Part shown: positions 30,001 through 40,038 of the stretch, in pieces
How positions within the stretch are numbered: the first letter of the stretch is position 1
Layout: each line of letters begins with the position of its first letter
Assembly (NCBI GenBank): GCA_043806735.1
Contig: JAZDGR010000120.1
Coordinates: 1-55,953, forward strand
Reading direction: 5' to 3'
DNA: 55,953 nt
DNA from: a bacterium
GTDB taxonomy: Bacteria; Bacteroidota; Bacteroidia; Bacteroidales; FEN-979
The notes under the pieces: generated by a model
Databases searched by the model: none
The model's input: only the letters and a program-made list of their open reading frames with translations
What the model was told of the DNA's origin: nothing
Position numbers and translations under genes: made by a program

Positions 30001-30594
30001 TCATATATTCAAGTTGAATCCCTCAAGTACAAAACTTACAGCTTTCGCACAAATAAAAATATAAAGGATTCTTGCAATTACAGAGACCCCGATTTTTCCT
30101 ATGACCCGTTCAACAAAAGGTGCAAGTTTAAGAACGGGAAATATTGCAAGGTAGACCAACAACACGGTCAAAACCGTAAGAATTCTTCCGTTGCTCTGAA
30201 TCAACAGAATGGTGGTGAGGATTGTACCAGGGCCTGCCAGGTACGGAAACCCCATAGGAAACACTGCGATGGAACTGTTCGCAGCGTCATGGATTTTATT
30301 TTGCGGGTTTCCCAGAATGACCCCCCGGGCTGCAACAATGAAAACAAGGATACCCCCGGCAATTTTAAATGCCGATGTACTTATTGTAAAGACATTCCGC
30401 AGCATAATATCCCCAAACAGGGCGAATGCCAGTACTATTCCGCCGCCGGTAGCTACTGCAAGGAGATTGGTCCGGGCCCTTGCCGGTTTGTCCATCTCGC
30501 TGGTCAGGTCTGCAAAAACCGGAAGATTTCCAACGGCATTTACCATAGCGAATAACACCAGGAAATTATGAAGCAGTTGCGAGATCGTTTCCAT
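30001..30594 (-). CDS. MarC family integral membrane protein
   Basis: LFAMVNAVGNLPVF, AFKIAGG, AVFPMGFPYLAGPGTI. Confidence 0.9.
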   Translation of the reverse strand: METISQLLHNFLVLFAMVNAVGNLPVFADLTSEMDKPARARTNLLAVATGGGIVLAFALFGDIMLRNVFTISTSAFKIAGGILVFIVAARGVILGNPQNKIHDAANSSIAVFPMGFPYLAGPGTILTTILLIQSNGRILTVLTVLLVYLAIFPVLKLAPFVERVIGKIGVSVIARILYIFICAKAVSFVLEGFNLNI

Positions 30595-30595
30595 C

Positions 30596-31942
30596 TTAAA
30601 TTGATAAAGAACCCCCTTGAGTCCGCCCCATCCAGTCAAGGTTATTCAGTTCCCCGAAATACTCCCTGAATATCCGGTAATAGAATAACTCCTCCTTAGT
30701 GTTCAGAGTCCAACCATTCTTAAGCTTCCTTTCGGCACTGAAATCCATATCGGTGATCTTTTTGGAGGCATAATCCGAGATCAGTCTCTCCACCCCGGCT
30801 CCTTCCCAGAATTTGGCCTTAGGCCGCTTTAAAACGTCCTCGGGCAACAGTTCCTCCATAGCTTTACGAAGGATCCATTTTTCAATGCCATCCTTCAATT
30901 TAAGGCTGGCCGGGATCCTGAGGGCAAATTCAAAAAGCTGTGGATCAGCAAATACAACATGGGCTGTTAAACCGTGGGCCGCTGCACACCGGTCGACCCG
31001 TTGTAAAGCGGTATTGTGCAGCCGGCCGGTGATGCCAATCAGTTCCCGGTCAAGGTCCGACTCCGGAAGGGATTTAAGATACTGGTATCCGGCAAAAAGT
31101 TCATCACCCCCCTCCCCGGAAAAGACCTCTTCGACATACCCTGAAGCTTGTTTTGCGACCAGGTAATTGATGACGCTTGAACGGACCAGCAGGGCATCGA
31201 ACGATTCGAGGTGATAAATGACCAAGGGAAGCACCCGTAACATTTCTTCAAGGGTAATGATCACATCGTGGTGTTCGGAGCCAAGGTACCTGGCCATTAC
31301 CCGGGCATATTCCAGGTCGGGGGCATCGCGCAGCCCACCTGTAAATGTATGGAGTGTTCTTACCCATGGCCTGGCAAGGGCAGCAATGGCGCTTGAATCC
31401 AAACCTCCTGAAAGCCATGACCCCATGATATCTGAGGTTATTCTACGGGTAACTGTCAGAGTTAAAAGATTGAGCAGTTCCATTGCAATGGTCTCAGAAT
31501 CTAGTTGTATTTGAGGCTTCGTTTCGTGGCTGAAATATTTTTTCCTTGTTGTTTCGGTTATTATATACCCGGACGGGATTTCAAAAATATCTGCTGAAAC
31601 CTGCAGTAACGCTTTGACCTCAGAGGCGAAACAGAAATCCCCCTCACCAGTTGAGGTTAAATACATCGGGGCAACGCCCAGCTCATCGCGATATATCTGC
31701 CATATACCGTTGGGTCGGGCCACCTCCAACTTGTGACCAAATCCCGGGCCATCCCTGAAAATCCCCTTTCGGAGTTTTTCTTTAACTCCTTCATCCTCAT
31801 GATGTGACCATACCATCCCGATGGTTGCCCCATCCTTTTCTAGGATAATCTTCCCATAATTTCCCCGATGGGAGATGGTCTCAATCATCCTGGAAACCAG
31901 TTCCTGTTCCCCTTCTTTTAAAATACCAGCAATTCCCGCCAT
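30596..31942 (-). CDS. Asparagine-synthetase-like ATP-dependent ligase lacking the Ntn cysteine
   Basis: MAGIAG (Ala replaces Cys1), reduced Ntn domain (RDELGVAPMY, FASEVKAL), intact LSGGLDSS, SGEGGDELFAGY and RPK. Confidence 0.85.
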   Translation of the reverse strand: MAGIAGILKEGEQELVSRMIETISHRGNYGKIILEKDGATIGMVWSHHEDEGVKEKLRKGIFRDGPGFGHKLEVARPNGIWQIYRDELGVAPMYLTSTGEGDFCFASEVKALLQVSADIFEIPSGYIITETTRKKYFSHETKPQIQLDSETIAMELLNLLTLTVTRRITSDIMGSWLSGGLDSSAIAALARPWVRTLHTFTGGLRDAPDLEYARVMARYLGSEHHDVIITLEEMLRVLPLVIYHLESFDALLVRSSVINYLVAKQASGYVEEVFSGEGGDELFAGYQYLKSLPESDLDRELIGITGRLHNTALQRVDRCAAAHGLTAHVVFADPQLFEFALRIPASLKLKDGIEKWILRKAMEELLPEDVLKRPKAKFWEGAGVERLISDYASKKITDMDFSAERKLKNGWTLNTKEELFYYRIFREYFGELNNLDWMGRTQGGSLSI

Positions 31943-31960
31943 ATTAGAAATTTTTTTGTT

Positions 31961-33601
31961 TTATTGTCGTTTAATTCGTTCGAAAATGCCTATCAACCTT
32001 GATTCTTCCTCTAAAGGATCGCCTGTTGACGGATCGATCGCGTACCAGGCACCTTTCATCAGCCCGGTGAGGATATCGCCTCTGAGGAAAGGATTTCCTT
32101 TAAAATGTGGACTATCAAGTATCCCCTCGCGAATGGCCCTGGCAATCACATAAGGGTCAGCCATCGGATCATCGCAGTCGGTCCCTATAAATTTAAGACC
32201 TTCAAGTAGCGTTCTTGCCTCGTAAACCAGTTGGCCCTTACGTGTCATAATACTTAAATCGGATAACATATCAGGAAGCCCCTCTATACAGTTCTGTATA
32301 ACACCATGTACAATCTGGCAGCTTTCTATTAGCTCTCGGGGTAGAGCAATGTGGTCTCCTTCGCTATAACCTACTACATGTAAAATGTGAGGCTTCAGTG
32401 CCAGACTGATCAGTGCAGAAGCGGCCAGTTGGCCTTTTGCAACAGAGGGTATGGGAGAAAAGTGGGCAATCCCGGCCCGCACTTCACGGTAAACGGTGAA
32501 CGATTCATCTTCGAGTTCGCGTATCAGCTCCAGTTTGGCTGCCATTTTAGCAATATCCATTGCCGGCTGGGTTCCCGGTGGCGTATTAAACATTAACTGG
32601 GCGATGTAATTTCTTACCCCAATCTTCTTGGCATTATAGGCAGCCAGGAAGGCCATGGCCACCGCCAGTGAATCATGCGCATCGCGCAGGCTCCACTGAT
32701 GCGATTCATTGACCTCTACCGGGATATGGTGGCGTGCGTACCACCGCATCACACGTTGGTTTTCGGCAATAGCCTCCTCCAAGGTACGGTTTGACCGTCC
32801 GTCCAAAACACTGTACCAACAGAGTGGGATTGCCGCCCAGGCATTATGAATCGTCTTCACACTCATCTCGGCCCACTTTAAAAGGTCGCGGGTACCAGCA
32901 TAACAGCGCATAAGGGGAAAATTGCCGCATCGGGAGGCCTTGTAGAGAGCCACCATATCCTCGGTGCTGCGTACCGGTACGCCTCCCGCACCTGTCTGTG
33001 CGGGGTCCATCTCCTTTGGTCTAAAGAAATGTTCCTGGGCATTCTGATCCGGGCCGATGGAAATAACGTCTAATACTTCTGCCTTCGAGATTTGCCTGAT
33101 CCCTTCAATAGTTTCCAGAAGGGAAGGTCTCCCGAAATGATGCCTCAACAAAGGATAGGGATACTTCTGATTGATCCTGCCGATCAGATCGGTAACCGGA
33201 TTTTCTTTCTCAGATTTATTCCCAGCCCCACGCAGGAATGCCTTAATTGCTCCTATAGGTTCGGATCCGTCGAAGGCCGCTTCAAAAAGTCCTGATTCTC
33301 TTGCCTTGGCTGCCACGGGTGGCGGTCCGCCGAATACCATCCGGCAACCGGAGAAGCTTTCCTTGGCTAACCCTTGTTTTAATTCTATAAACAGGCTTTC
33401 TGCTACTTCGGGTGTCAACCGGTAGCTAATAGCAAGAATATCTGGTTTTTCCTTATGGATTGCTTCCAGAATACATTGAAACGGAACAGCCGGCCCCAGT
33501 GAAATCGTCCGGTATCCTTCCGCTTCAGCTAATTTTAAAAAGTGATGGAGCCCGCCGATATGAACGCAGGTACCGATAGCCGCTCCCAAGATCTTTTTCA
33601 T
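31961..33601 (-). CDS. Cobalamin-binding domain protein fused to a putative catalytic barrel (mutase-like)
   Basis: N-terminal B12 domain (CVHIGG...SLG...ISY...VFGG) followed by a ~400-aa domain. Confidence 0.8.
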   Translation of the reverse strand: MKKILGAAIGTCVHIGGLHHFLKLAEAEGYRTISLGPAVPFQCILEAIHKEKPDILAISYRLTPEVAESLFIELKQGLAKESFSGCRMVFGGPPPVAAKARESGLFEAAFDGSEPIGAIKAFLRGAGNKSEKENPVTDLIGRINQKYPYPLLRHHFGRPSLLETIEGIRQISKAEVLDVISIGPDQNAQEHFFRPKEMDPAQTGAGGVPVRSTEDMVALYKASRCGNFPLMRCYAGTRDLLKWAEMSVKTIHNAWAAIPLCWYSVLDGRSNRTLEEAIAENQRVMRWYARHHIPVEVNESHQWSLRDAHDSLAVAMAFLAAYNAKKIGVRNYIAQLMFNTPPGTQPAMDIAKMAAKLELIRELEDESFTVYREVRAGIAHFSPIPSVAKGQLAASALISLALKPHILHVVGYSEGDHIALPRELIESCQIVHGVIQNCIEGLPDMLSDLSIMTRKGQLVYEARTLLEGLKFIGTDCDDPMADPYVIARAIREGILDSPHFKGNPFLRGDILTGLMKGAWYAIDPSTGDPLEEESRLIGIFERIKRQ

Positions 33602-33625
33602 CTCTCTGACACGTTAAAAAGGTTC

Positions 33626-34735
33626 TTACTGTTTCTCTCCGATAGCCAGCAGCCGTAATTCCCGGAGATTCATACCCGATATGCCAAGGCGTTCGACGGT
33701 TCTTCCGGCACTCATGTAATCCCGGTGATTTAAAACGGAGGCCAGGTGGATCAGGGAATCAATCGAAGGGGTGGGAACACCGAACATCCGTCCTAACGAG
33801 GAAATCGGGACCAGGCTATAGGGCACATCCTCTTCCAGATATCTCATCTTCAGGGTTTTTGGGGCTAGGATTCCCCGGTATCCGGGGTTCTTACGCATCG
33901 CTTCAAAGAGGGTCTCCCCTGTGGTGCTATAAGCCATATAAAACCACTGTCGGGCACTGATAGCCCGTATCCCAAGGGCTTCGGCTACCGAGATTCGCTC
34001 CTGGTCGACCCTTTCGAGCACCCTAGCTACCGATTCAGTAGCCCCCTCATGATAAAATTTGAAATCGGTATCGTCTTCAATCCAGCCTGCATTGAGAATA
34101 CAGATGGCCGGGTGAAATACGCTTCCGATATTGTCGAAACTCGTTTTGAAAATGTTGTCGCCAGGAACAAACTGGGGATAAAATTGTCGAAGCTTTGAGA
34201 TGACACGCGGAATGAGATGTGCACGCACAGAGGCGACAGGAATGGAATGTTTGATCCCAAAGATGTGGGCCTGGCTTGGCCCGATTGTCCGGGAAGCATA
34301 AATAAAGGTCTGGGCTTCAGAAACTATCACATCGGCTTTCACATTTTTCTCAATCAGCACCTGTTTGAATTCCAACGCCCCCATTGTCCGGCCCGGATGG
34401 AGCACGATGATTTGCCCATTATTCAGAAATGGCGCCATCTGTTCTGCAATCCACCGGTGCGCTATTGCAGGTACCACCACCATAATCATCTCTGCCCCGC
34501 TGATTGCCTCCTCTATGGAATTTGTTGCAACCGCGATCCGGCCAAAACCGGTGATTTCTCCCTGGACTTCAATACCACCGGTGGATTTCACCCCCCATAA
34601 CCGTTCTTCGCCGCGGTTAAACAGATGGACCGTATAGCCCATGATGGCCAGATGGCCTGCCATGGCAAGTCCCCCATGACCGGCACCTATAACAGCGACC
34701 GGTTGAAGGGGGCTAATTGTTTGATTTGTTTCCAT
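33626..34735 (-). CDS. NAD/NADP opine (octopine/nopaline) dehydrogenase family protein
   Basis: VAVIGAGHGG Rossmann fold, NIGSVFHP, RYLEEDVPY. Confidence 0.9.
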   Translation of the reverse strand: METNQTISPLQPVAVIGAGHGGLAMAGHLAIMGYTVHLFNRGEERLWGVKSTGGIEVQGEITGFGRIAVATNSIEEAISGAEMIMVVVPAIAHRWIAEQMAPFLNNGQIIVLHPGRTMGALEFKQVLIEKNVKADVIVSEAQTFIYASRTIGPSQAHIFGIKHSIPVASVRAHLIPRVISKLRQFYPQFVPGDNIFKTSFDNIGSVFHPAICILNAGWIEDDTDFKFYHEGATESVARVLERVDQERISVAEALGIRAISARQWFYMAYSTTGETLFEAMRKNPGYRGILAPKTLKMRYLEEDVPYSLVPISSLGRMFGVPTPSIDSLIHLASVLNHRDYMSAGRTVERLGISGMNLRELRLLAIGEKQ

Positions 34736-34931
34736 AATGAAAGAGTTTTGAATTCCTGTGAATAGATAACCGCTCGCTTACGGGACAATACCACAGATGC
34801 ATGCACGAGTATCGAGGGGTATCACGTTTCAGGACGCGGAATGATGCTGTGAAGTGGCTTGTGCTGCACAATTCTGTTGTGAAAAATGTAGAATTGTTTT
34901 GTGATCAGGCAGAAAACCTGTTTCCCCCTAC

Positions 34932-35396
34932 TCAAGTGAAAGGGGGTGGACGAATTTTTTCTGTGATACCCGTCGTTAAGGATAGGGCTAGAAATGGAGC
35001 AGCGTAAATGATAGTGAACGGATCAAGGGGGTCCATAAGTAGCAGGCTGGATAAGGCAGGATATTTAGATCCGGGTTGCTGGGCGGCAATACCGCGGGGC
35101 CTCGTCTTATTAAAGTTTTTCGGGTTGAGAGGTTGTGAAGAGTTTTTTTTAATTAGTGATTGCGAAAGTGTACAAAGGTTATTATTACCAGCCCATCTGC
35201 CCGTCTCGGCCCAGGTCCGGTAAAAAAGGTCGTCTCCCTGATACGTTGGTTGGATCCAGGTAATAATATCTTTAGGAAGGTTGCCACACCTGAATCCGGT
35301 CATTCCAGAATAACAAGTGAACGAAATGACGATCAGGGAATACAACAGAAAGTCCCGGTTCAGGAATAGTCCGTGATATCTTGTGTTCGTCTTCAT
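34932..35396 (-). CDS. Hypothetical protein with N-terminal hydrophobic segment and C-terminal RPPP
   Basis: 154-aa ORF co-oriented between nhaD and the opine operon, ending IRPPPFT. Confidence 0.5.
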   Translation of the reverse strand: MKTNTRYHGLFLNRDFLLYSLIVISFTCYSGMTGFRCGNLPKDIITWIQPTYQGDDLFYRTWAETGRWAGNNNLCTLSQSLIKKNSSQPLNPKNFNKTRPRGIAAQQPGSKYPALSSLLLMDPLDPFTIIYAAPFLALSLTTGITEKIRPPPFT

Positions 35397-35479
35397 GTTT
35401 TGCGGATCGAAGTCCTGGATCCTTTAATATCCTTCAAATATAAGAAAAAATTTACCTATTTCCAAATAAGAGTGCTCAA

Positions 35480-36769
35480 TCAGAACATCAGAATATACAC
35501 AAACGCTCCTGCTAAATATCCCATAAGCGCAAGCAGAGAGACTCGTTTTAAAAACCAGAAGAAGGTGATCCGCTCCATACCCATAGCAGCCACCCCGGCT
35601 GCCGAACCGATGATCAGGATACTTCCGCCGGTGCCGGCTGCGTAAGCGAGAAATTCCCAAAAGAAGTGATCGGTAGGGTAAAGGGTCAGCGGATACATTC
35701 CCTGCACAGCCGCCACTACCGGAACGTTATCTACAATAGCCGAAAGCATGCCGATCACCAGAATGGTAGCGCTCTGGTTCGGAAGGTTCATTATCAGGTA
35801 TTCGGCCCAGGTGATGAGTATGCCTGAGGATTGGAGGGCCGAAATACAGAGGAGTATCCCCAGGAAAAAGAGGATGGTGGAGGTGTCGATTTTTCGCAGG
35901 GCCTGAACCACGGAGAAGGGCCCTTTTTCTTTCTCGTGTTTGCTCCGGTGGACGATTTCCGTTAACCCCCACATAAGCCCCAGTGCCAGCAACATGGCCA
36001 TAAAGGGAGGCAGGTGTGTCACGGCCTTGAAGAATGGTACAAACAATAGGGCAAACATGCCGGCAAAGAAGAGTAAGTTTTTTTCAAAAGGGGGAATGTC
36101 GTTGTGCTTCGCATCGGCGCTTTTTGGCGGATCGACAATGCCTGGCCTGATCATAAATGTGGCGGCGGTCAGTGGAACCAGCATACAAACCAGGCTAGGC
36201 AGGATCAGTTTGAGGATGATGTTGAGGGCTGTGATCTGGTTCCCGATCCAGAGCATGGTGGTAGAAACGTCGCCCATAGGCGACCAGGCTCCGCCTGCAT
36301 TGGCGGCTATGATGATGGTTCCGGCAAAAAACCAACGGTCGCGTTCGTCGCGGATCAGTTTCCGGGTCAGGGAAATCATCACAATGGTGGTGGTGAGGTT
36401 ATCCAACACAGCGGAGAGGAAGAAGGTAACGAGGCTGATGATCCAAAGTAACGAGCGTTTCTTACGGGTCCTTATCTTTTCCGTGATGATGTCAAACCCG
36501 TCGTGCGAATCGATCAGTTCAACGATCGTCATAGCACCCATGAGGAAAAAAAGAATTCCGGAAATATCGGCCATATGTGTTCCGATGGCCTCGGTCACGA
36601 CCTCTTTTGTGGGACTGAACAGCATGAAAATGGTCCAGGACAATGCGCCGGCGATCAGGGCGCTGGCTGCCTTGTTTACACGGATTTTATGCTCCGTGAC
36701 GATGGCCAGATATCCCGCGATAAAAATGACTGTTATGAGAATTTCGCTCATCAACGAATTAGTTCTCAA
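35480..36769 (-). CDS. nhaD: Na+/H+ antiporter NhaD
   Basis: LSAVLDNLTTTIV, AANAGGAWSPMGDVST, SAIVDNVP, GTGGSILIIGSAAG. Confidence 0.93.
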   Translation of the reverse strand: MRTNSLMSEILITVIFIAGYLAIVTEHKIRVNKAASALIAGALSWTIFMLFSPTKEVVTEAIGTHMADISGILFFLMGAMTIVELIDSHDGFDIITEKIRTRKKRSLLWIISLVTFFLSAVLDNLTTTIVMISLTRKLIRDERDRWFFAGTIIIAANAGGAWSPMGDVSTTMLWIGNQITALNIILKLILPSLVCMLVPLTAATFMIRPGIVDPPKSADAKHNDIPPFEKNLLFFAGMFALLFVPFFKAVTHLPPFMAMLLALGLMWGLTEIVHRSKHEKEKGPFSVVQALRKIDTSTILFFLGILLCISALQSSGILITWAEYLIMNLPNQSATILVIGMLSAIVDNVPVVAAVQGMYPLTLYPTDHFFWEFLAYAAGTGGSILIIGSAAGVAAMGMERITFFWFLKRVSLLALMGYLAGAFVYILMF

Positions 36770-38105
36770 TAATTAGTTTAATCTTATCTCCCGCTATCCG
36801 TTCGTGTAACCAGGTTTCCAGACGCTGTATTTCATCTTTCCTGACTTTCTTTCTGAATTTCAGGTAGACCAGGTTTACCGTATCGGGCGATTCGGCTTTT
36901 GCTGTGCTCAACAGAGCCCTGGTAAAGGAAGCCTCCTCCACTTGGGGAAAAAGGGCTCTGATCTCATTGAGAATGGTACCGGATAAATATCCGGACTGGT
37001 ATTTTGTCAATTCCTTTTCAAGCAGATCTATCTTCTCATCTTTTGACAACATGGCCTCCTGGTTCTTCTTGTACAGTTCTTCAATGATCTGAGATTTCAT
37101 GCTGGTGATATCGGAAGCGGTTAACTCTTTCAACCCCTGTTTTATCTTCAGATTCGTATTTCCGAGATGATAATCCTCAAGTTTTGTCCTGGTATTTTCC
37201 AGCAGGTCGGGGCTGACTCCTTTGCCTATATAAACCACTTGAATGGACCTGGTACCGGCATCAATATTTTTCTCAATAATCGTATTCCCTTCAAACATCA
37301 TTTCCTTCGCAATAAACCGGCCGGCATTGGTCTCAAAAATAGTCCTGCGGATCATGTAATAAGCGATGATGACACTCGGCACGAAGGTAAAAATGACAAT
37401 CAGCCAGATCCATAGCCTCATCCTGCGGCCTGTGCGCTGATCAGGATACTGGTGGATTGGGAAACGAAGAAACCTGACGATAAGAAAAGTACCTAGGCAA
37501 ATAAATACGGAGTTAATGAAGAAAAGGTAGATGGCCCCCAGGAAAAAAAAGATATTTCCCATTGCCAGTCCATAACCTGCTGTGCATAGCGGCGGCATCA
37601 GTGCGGTAGCAATAGCCACACCCGGAATAACGGTCCCTTTTTCCTTGCTTGAGGTGGCAACGATTCCTGCCAGACCTCCAAATAGTGCAATAAACACGTC
37701 GTAGACCGACGGTGTGGTTCTTGCAAGCAATTCAGAATGTGCTTCGTTTAAAGGGGTCAGGAAAAAATAAATTGTGGAGGAGATCAGACTTATTACGATA
37801 GCGACCAGATAATTATAGGCAGATATCCGGATTAACTTGAAATCATTGATGCCGGCCCCCAGGCCGATTCCCATAATCGGCCCCATCAAGGGCGAAATCA
37901 ACATGGCCCCGATGATGACTGCGGTGGAGTTAATGTTGAGACCTATCGAAGCAATAAAGATGGCAAACATCAATACCCAGAGATTGGTTCCCCGGAAAAA
38001 GATATTCCTTTTAATCGCATCAATAACCTCTCCGTATTCCTCCTTATTCTTTTCGAGACTAAATCGATCCTTGAAAAAATTATATGTAAGTACTTTTAAA
38101 TTCAT
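36759..38105 (-). CDS. DUF389 / TIGR00341 family membrane protein
   Basis: NSTAVIIGAMLISPLMGPI, PGVAIATALMPPLC. Confidence 0.92.
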   Translation of the reverse strand: MNLKVLTYNFFKDRFSLEKNKEEYGEVIDAIKRNIFFRGTNLWVLMFAIFIASIGLNINSTAVIIGAMLISPLMGPIMGIGLGAGINDFKLIRISAYNYLVAIVISLISSTIYFFLTPLNEAHSELLARTTPSVYDVFIALFGGLAGIVATSSKEKGTVIPGVAIATALMPPLCTAGYGLAMGNIFFFLGAIYLFFINSVFICLGTFLIVRFLRFPIHQYPDQRTGRRMRLWIWLIVIFTFVPSVIIAYYMIRRTIFETNAGRFIAKEMMFEGNTIIEKNIDAGTRSIQVVYIGKGVSPDLLENTRTKLEDYHLGNTNLKIKQGLKELTASDITSMKSQIIEELYKKNQEAMLSKDEKIDLLEKELTKYQSGYLSGTILNEIRALFPQVEEASFTRALLSTAKAESPDTVNLVYLKFRKKVRKDEIQRLETWLHERIAGDKIKLIIEN

Positions 38106-38220
38106 ATGTTCCAGACTATATTGTAACCCACAAATTTATCAATTATCGTAGTTGATTCGAAAAAAATTCCTATCTTGTCTTGTGTGAACATCCGAATATG
38201 TATATCTAATCATAAAAAAC

Positions 38221-40029
38221 ATGATTAAAAACATTATTCAGTGCAAGAAAAAGGAGCTTGTACAAGTGCTCTGGGAAATAGCTCCGGAAATTAAACAATT
38301 ATTAAAGGAATCTGCTAATCTGATGGCGGCACGAGACCGTTTTTTCCTTTATCTGAACGACCTTGAACGAAGTTATTACAATATTTTTTCTGACCTGCCC
38401 CTTCGGGATCTGCATATCATCAATCGAAACAACGCCAAGGAATGTATCCGTGTCCTGAAGAATGTGATCCGGACCGAAAACGAACAGCTTACCAGTTTCT
38501 CGGCCATTCAAATAGTATATAATCTTGCCCAGGATCATCATCATATAACTGACGAGATATCTGAAGGATTTCTTGCAGAATTTATCTATCTCTTCCTGGG
38601 CATTACCGGGCAGTCCATTACTGATAAAGGTATAGAGGTCCTTGATGCAACCGGCAGGGAAGCTGCTATTATACGGTCAGAAAAACTGGATTTTTATTCC
38701 TCACAATTACAGCGCCATTTCGGGCGGTTTAACAAGGGGACCGATCCTGCTATCGAAAAAAAGCGGAGGATTATGAAAAATAAGATCCTGGAGTATTTCC
38801 GGTCAACAGAATCTGACTGGCAGGATTATCAATGGCAACTGAGACATATCATCAAAGATTATAAGACCCTGAATGATTTAATCAGGTTGGAAGAGGATGA
38901 AAAAGAGGGTATTCTGGCAGCGAAAGCAAGTCGAATTCCATTTCAGATCACCCCATATTACCTTGCGCTGTTTAACAGGAATGGTAGAGCCCGGGAAGAT
39001 ACTCTCTTGCGGTCAATGGTCATTCCGAGTCGCAAATATTGTGATAACATTGTGAGGAACAGGGAAGAAGGTCTCGATATGGATTTCATGGGGGAGGGTT
39101 CGACCAGTCCGGTTGATGGGATTACCAGACGATATCCGCAGATCGTGATCCTGAAACCTTTTGACTCCTGTCCCCAGATCTGTGTTTATTGCCAACGTAA
39201 CTGGGAAATCAAGGATTTGGATGCAGCTACCATCACCACTCCGGTCATCCGTAAGGCCATAACCTGGATTGCAGAACATCCGACAATCAGTGAAGTTTTA
39301 ATCACCGGTGGAGATCCACTGACCCTTTCCGATACCCGGATTGGCTCCATCATCTCCAGAATCGCTGCCATACCCCATATTGAACGGATCCGGATCGGCA
39401 CCCGAATGCTGGTTACACTGCCCCAACGGTTCACAGATAACCTGCTTACTATTTTCGCAAAGTATCATCAGTTCGGCAAGAGGGAAATCGCACTCATCAC
39501 TCATTTCGAGAGCCCCATGGAAATTACTTCCGAGACCCTCCGTATCATTGAAAAGATCAGAAGAAAAGGCATCAGTATTTATAATCAGCAGGTGTTCACC
39601 TATTACAACAGCAAACGATACGAGACCTGTTTCTTGCGGAAAACGCTTAAGCTTTCCGGTATCGAACCTTATTATACTTTTAATACCAAAGGCAAGGAGG
39701 AAACCCTCGATTTCAGGGTGCCCATAGCGCGTATTGAGCAGGAAAGAAAGGAGGAAGCAAGACTGTTGCCAGGGATCACCCGCACCGATGAACCGGTTTT
39801 CAATGTCCCCAAACTGGGCAAATCCCATCTGCGTGCCTGGCAGGATCATGAACCGGTTATGATCCTGGGGAACGGTCAGCGTGTTTACCGCTTCTATCCC
39901 TGGGAATCGAAAATAGCAACCGTGGATGATTACCTGTATAGGGATGTTTCAATTTATGATTATCTCAGCCGGTTGCACAACGACGGTGAAGATATTGCAG
40001 AATACCGCAGTATCTGGTATTATTTCTAA
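38221..40029 (+). CDS. KamA-family radical SAM (amino-acid 2,3-aminomutase-like) with ~190-aa N-terminal extension
   Basis: W.DYQWQLRH, FQITPYY, TRRYP, CPQICVYCQR, TGGDPL, RIGTR, and a probable PLP lysine in PKLGKS. Confidence 0.88.
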   Translation: MIKNIIQCKKKELVQVLWEIAPEIKQLLKESANLMAARDRFFLYLNDLERSYYNIFSDLPLRDLHIINRNNAKECIRVLKNVIRTENEQLTSFSAIQIVYNLAQDHHHITDEISEGFLAEFIYLFLGITGQSITDKGIEVLDATGREAAIIRSEKLDFYSSQLQRHFGRFNKGTDPAIEKKRRIMKNKILEYFRSTESDWQDYQWQLRHIIKDYKTLNDLIRLEEDEKEGILAAKASRIPFQITPYYLALFNRNGRAREDTLLRSMVIPSRKYCDNIVRNREEGLDMDFMGEGSTSPVDGITRRYPQIVILKPFDSCPQICVYCQRNWEIKDLDAATITTPVIRKAITWIAEHPTISEVLITGGDPLTLSDTRIGSIISRIAAIPHIERIRIGTRMLVTLPQRFTDNLLTIFAKYHQFGKREIALITHFESPMEITSETLRIIEKIRRKGISIYNQQVFTYYNSKRYETCFLRKTLKLSGIEPYYTFNTKGKEETLDFRVPIARIEQERKEEARLLPGITRTDEPVFNVPKLGKSHLRAWQDHEPVMILGNGQRVYRFYPWESKIATVDDYLYRDVSIYDYLSRLHNDGEDIAEYRSIWYYF

Positions 40030-40038
40030 TTCCAAGGT

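Noticed and set aside
24873-31942. Lasso peptide cluster based on the AsnB-like genes
   Set aside because: No B1/B2 (RRE/peptidase) genes and no precursor peptide were seen.
34736-34931. Cobalamin riboswitch upstream of the B12 operon
   Set aside because: I could not find the conserved B12-box or core motifs in the right order. An Rfam scan is needed.
35940-36776. 278-aa plus-strand ORF and other long antisense ORFs (e.g. 17323-17976, 52060-52728, 55316-55909)
   Set aside because: They are shadows of well-supported genes on the opposite strand and have no motifs.
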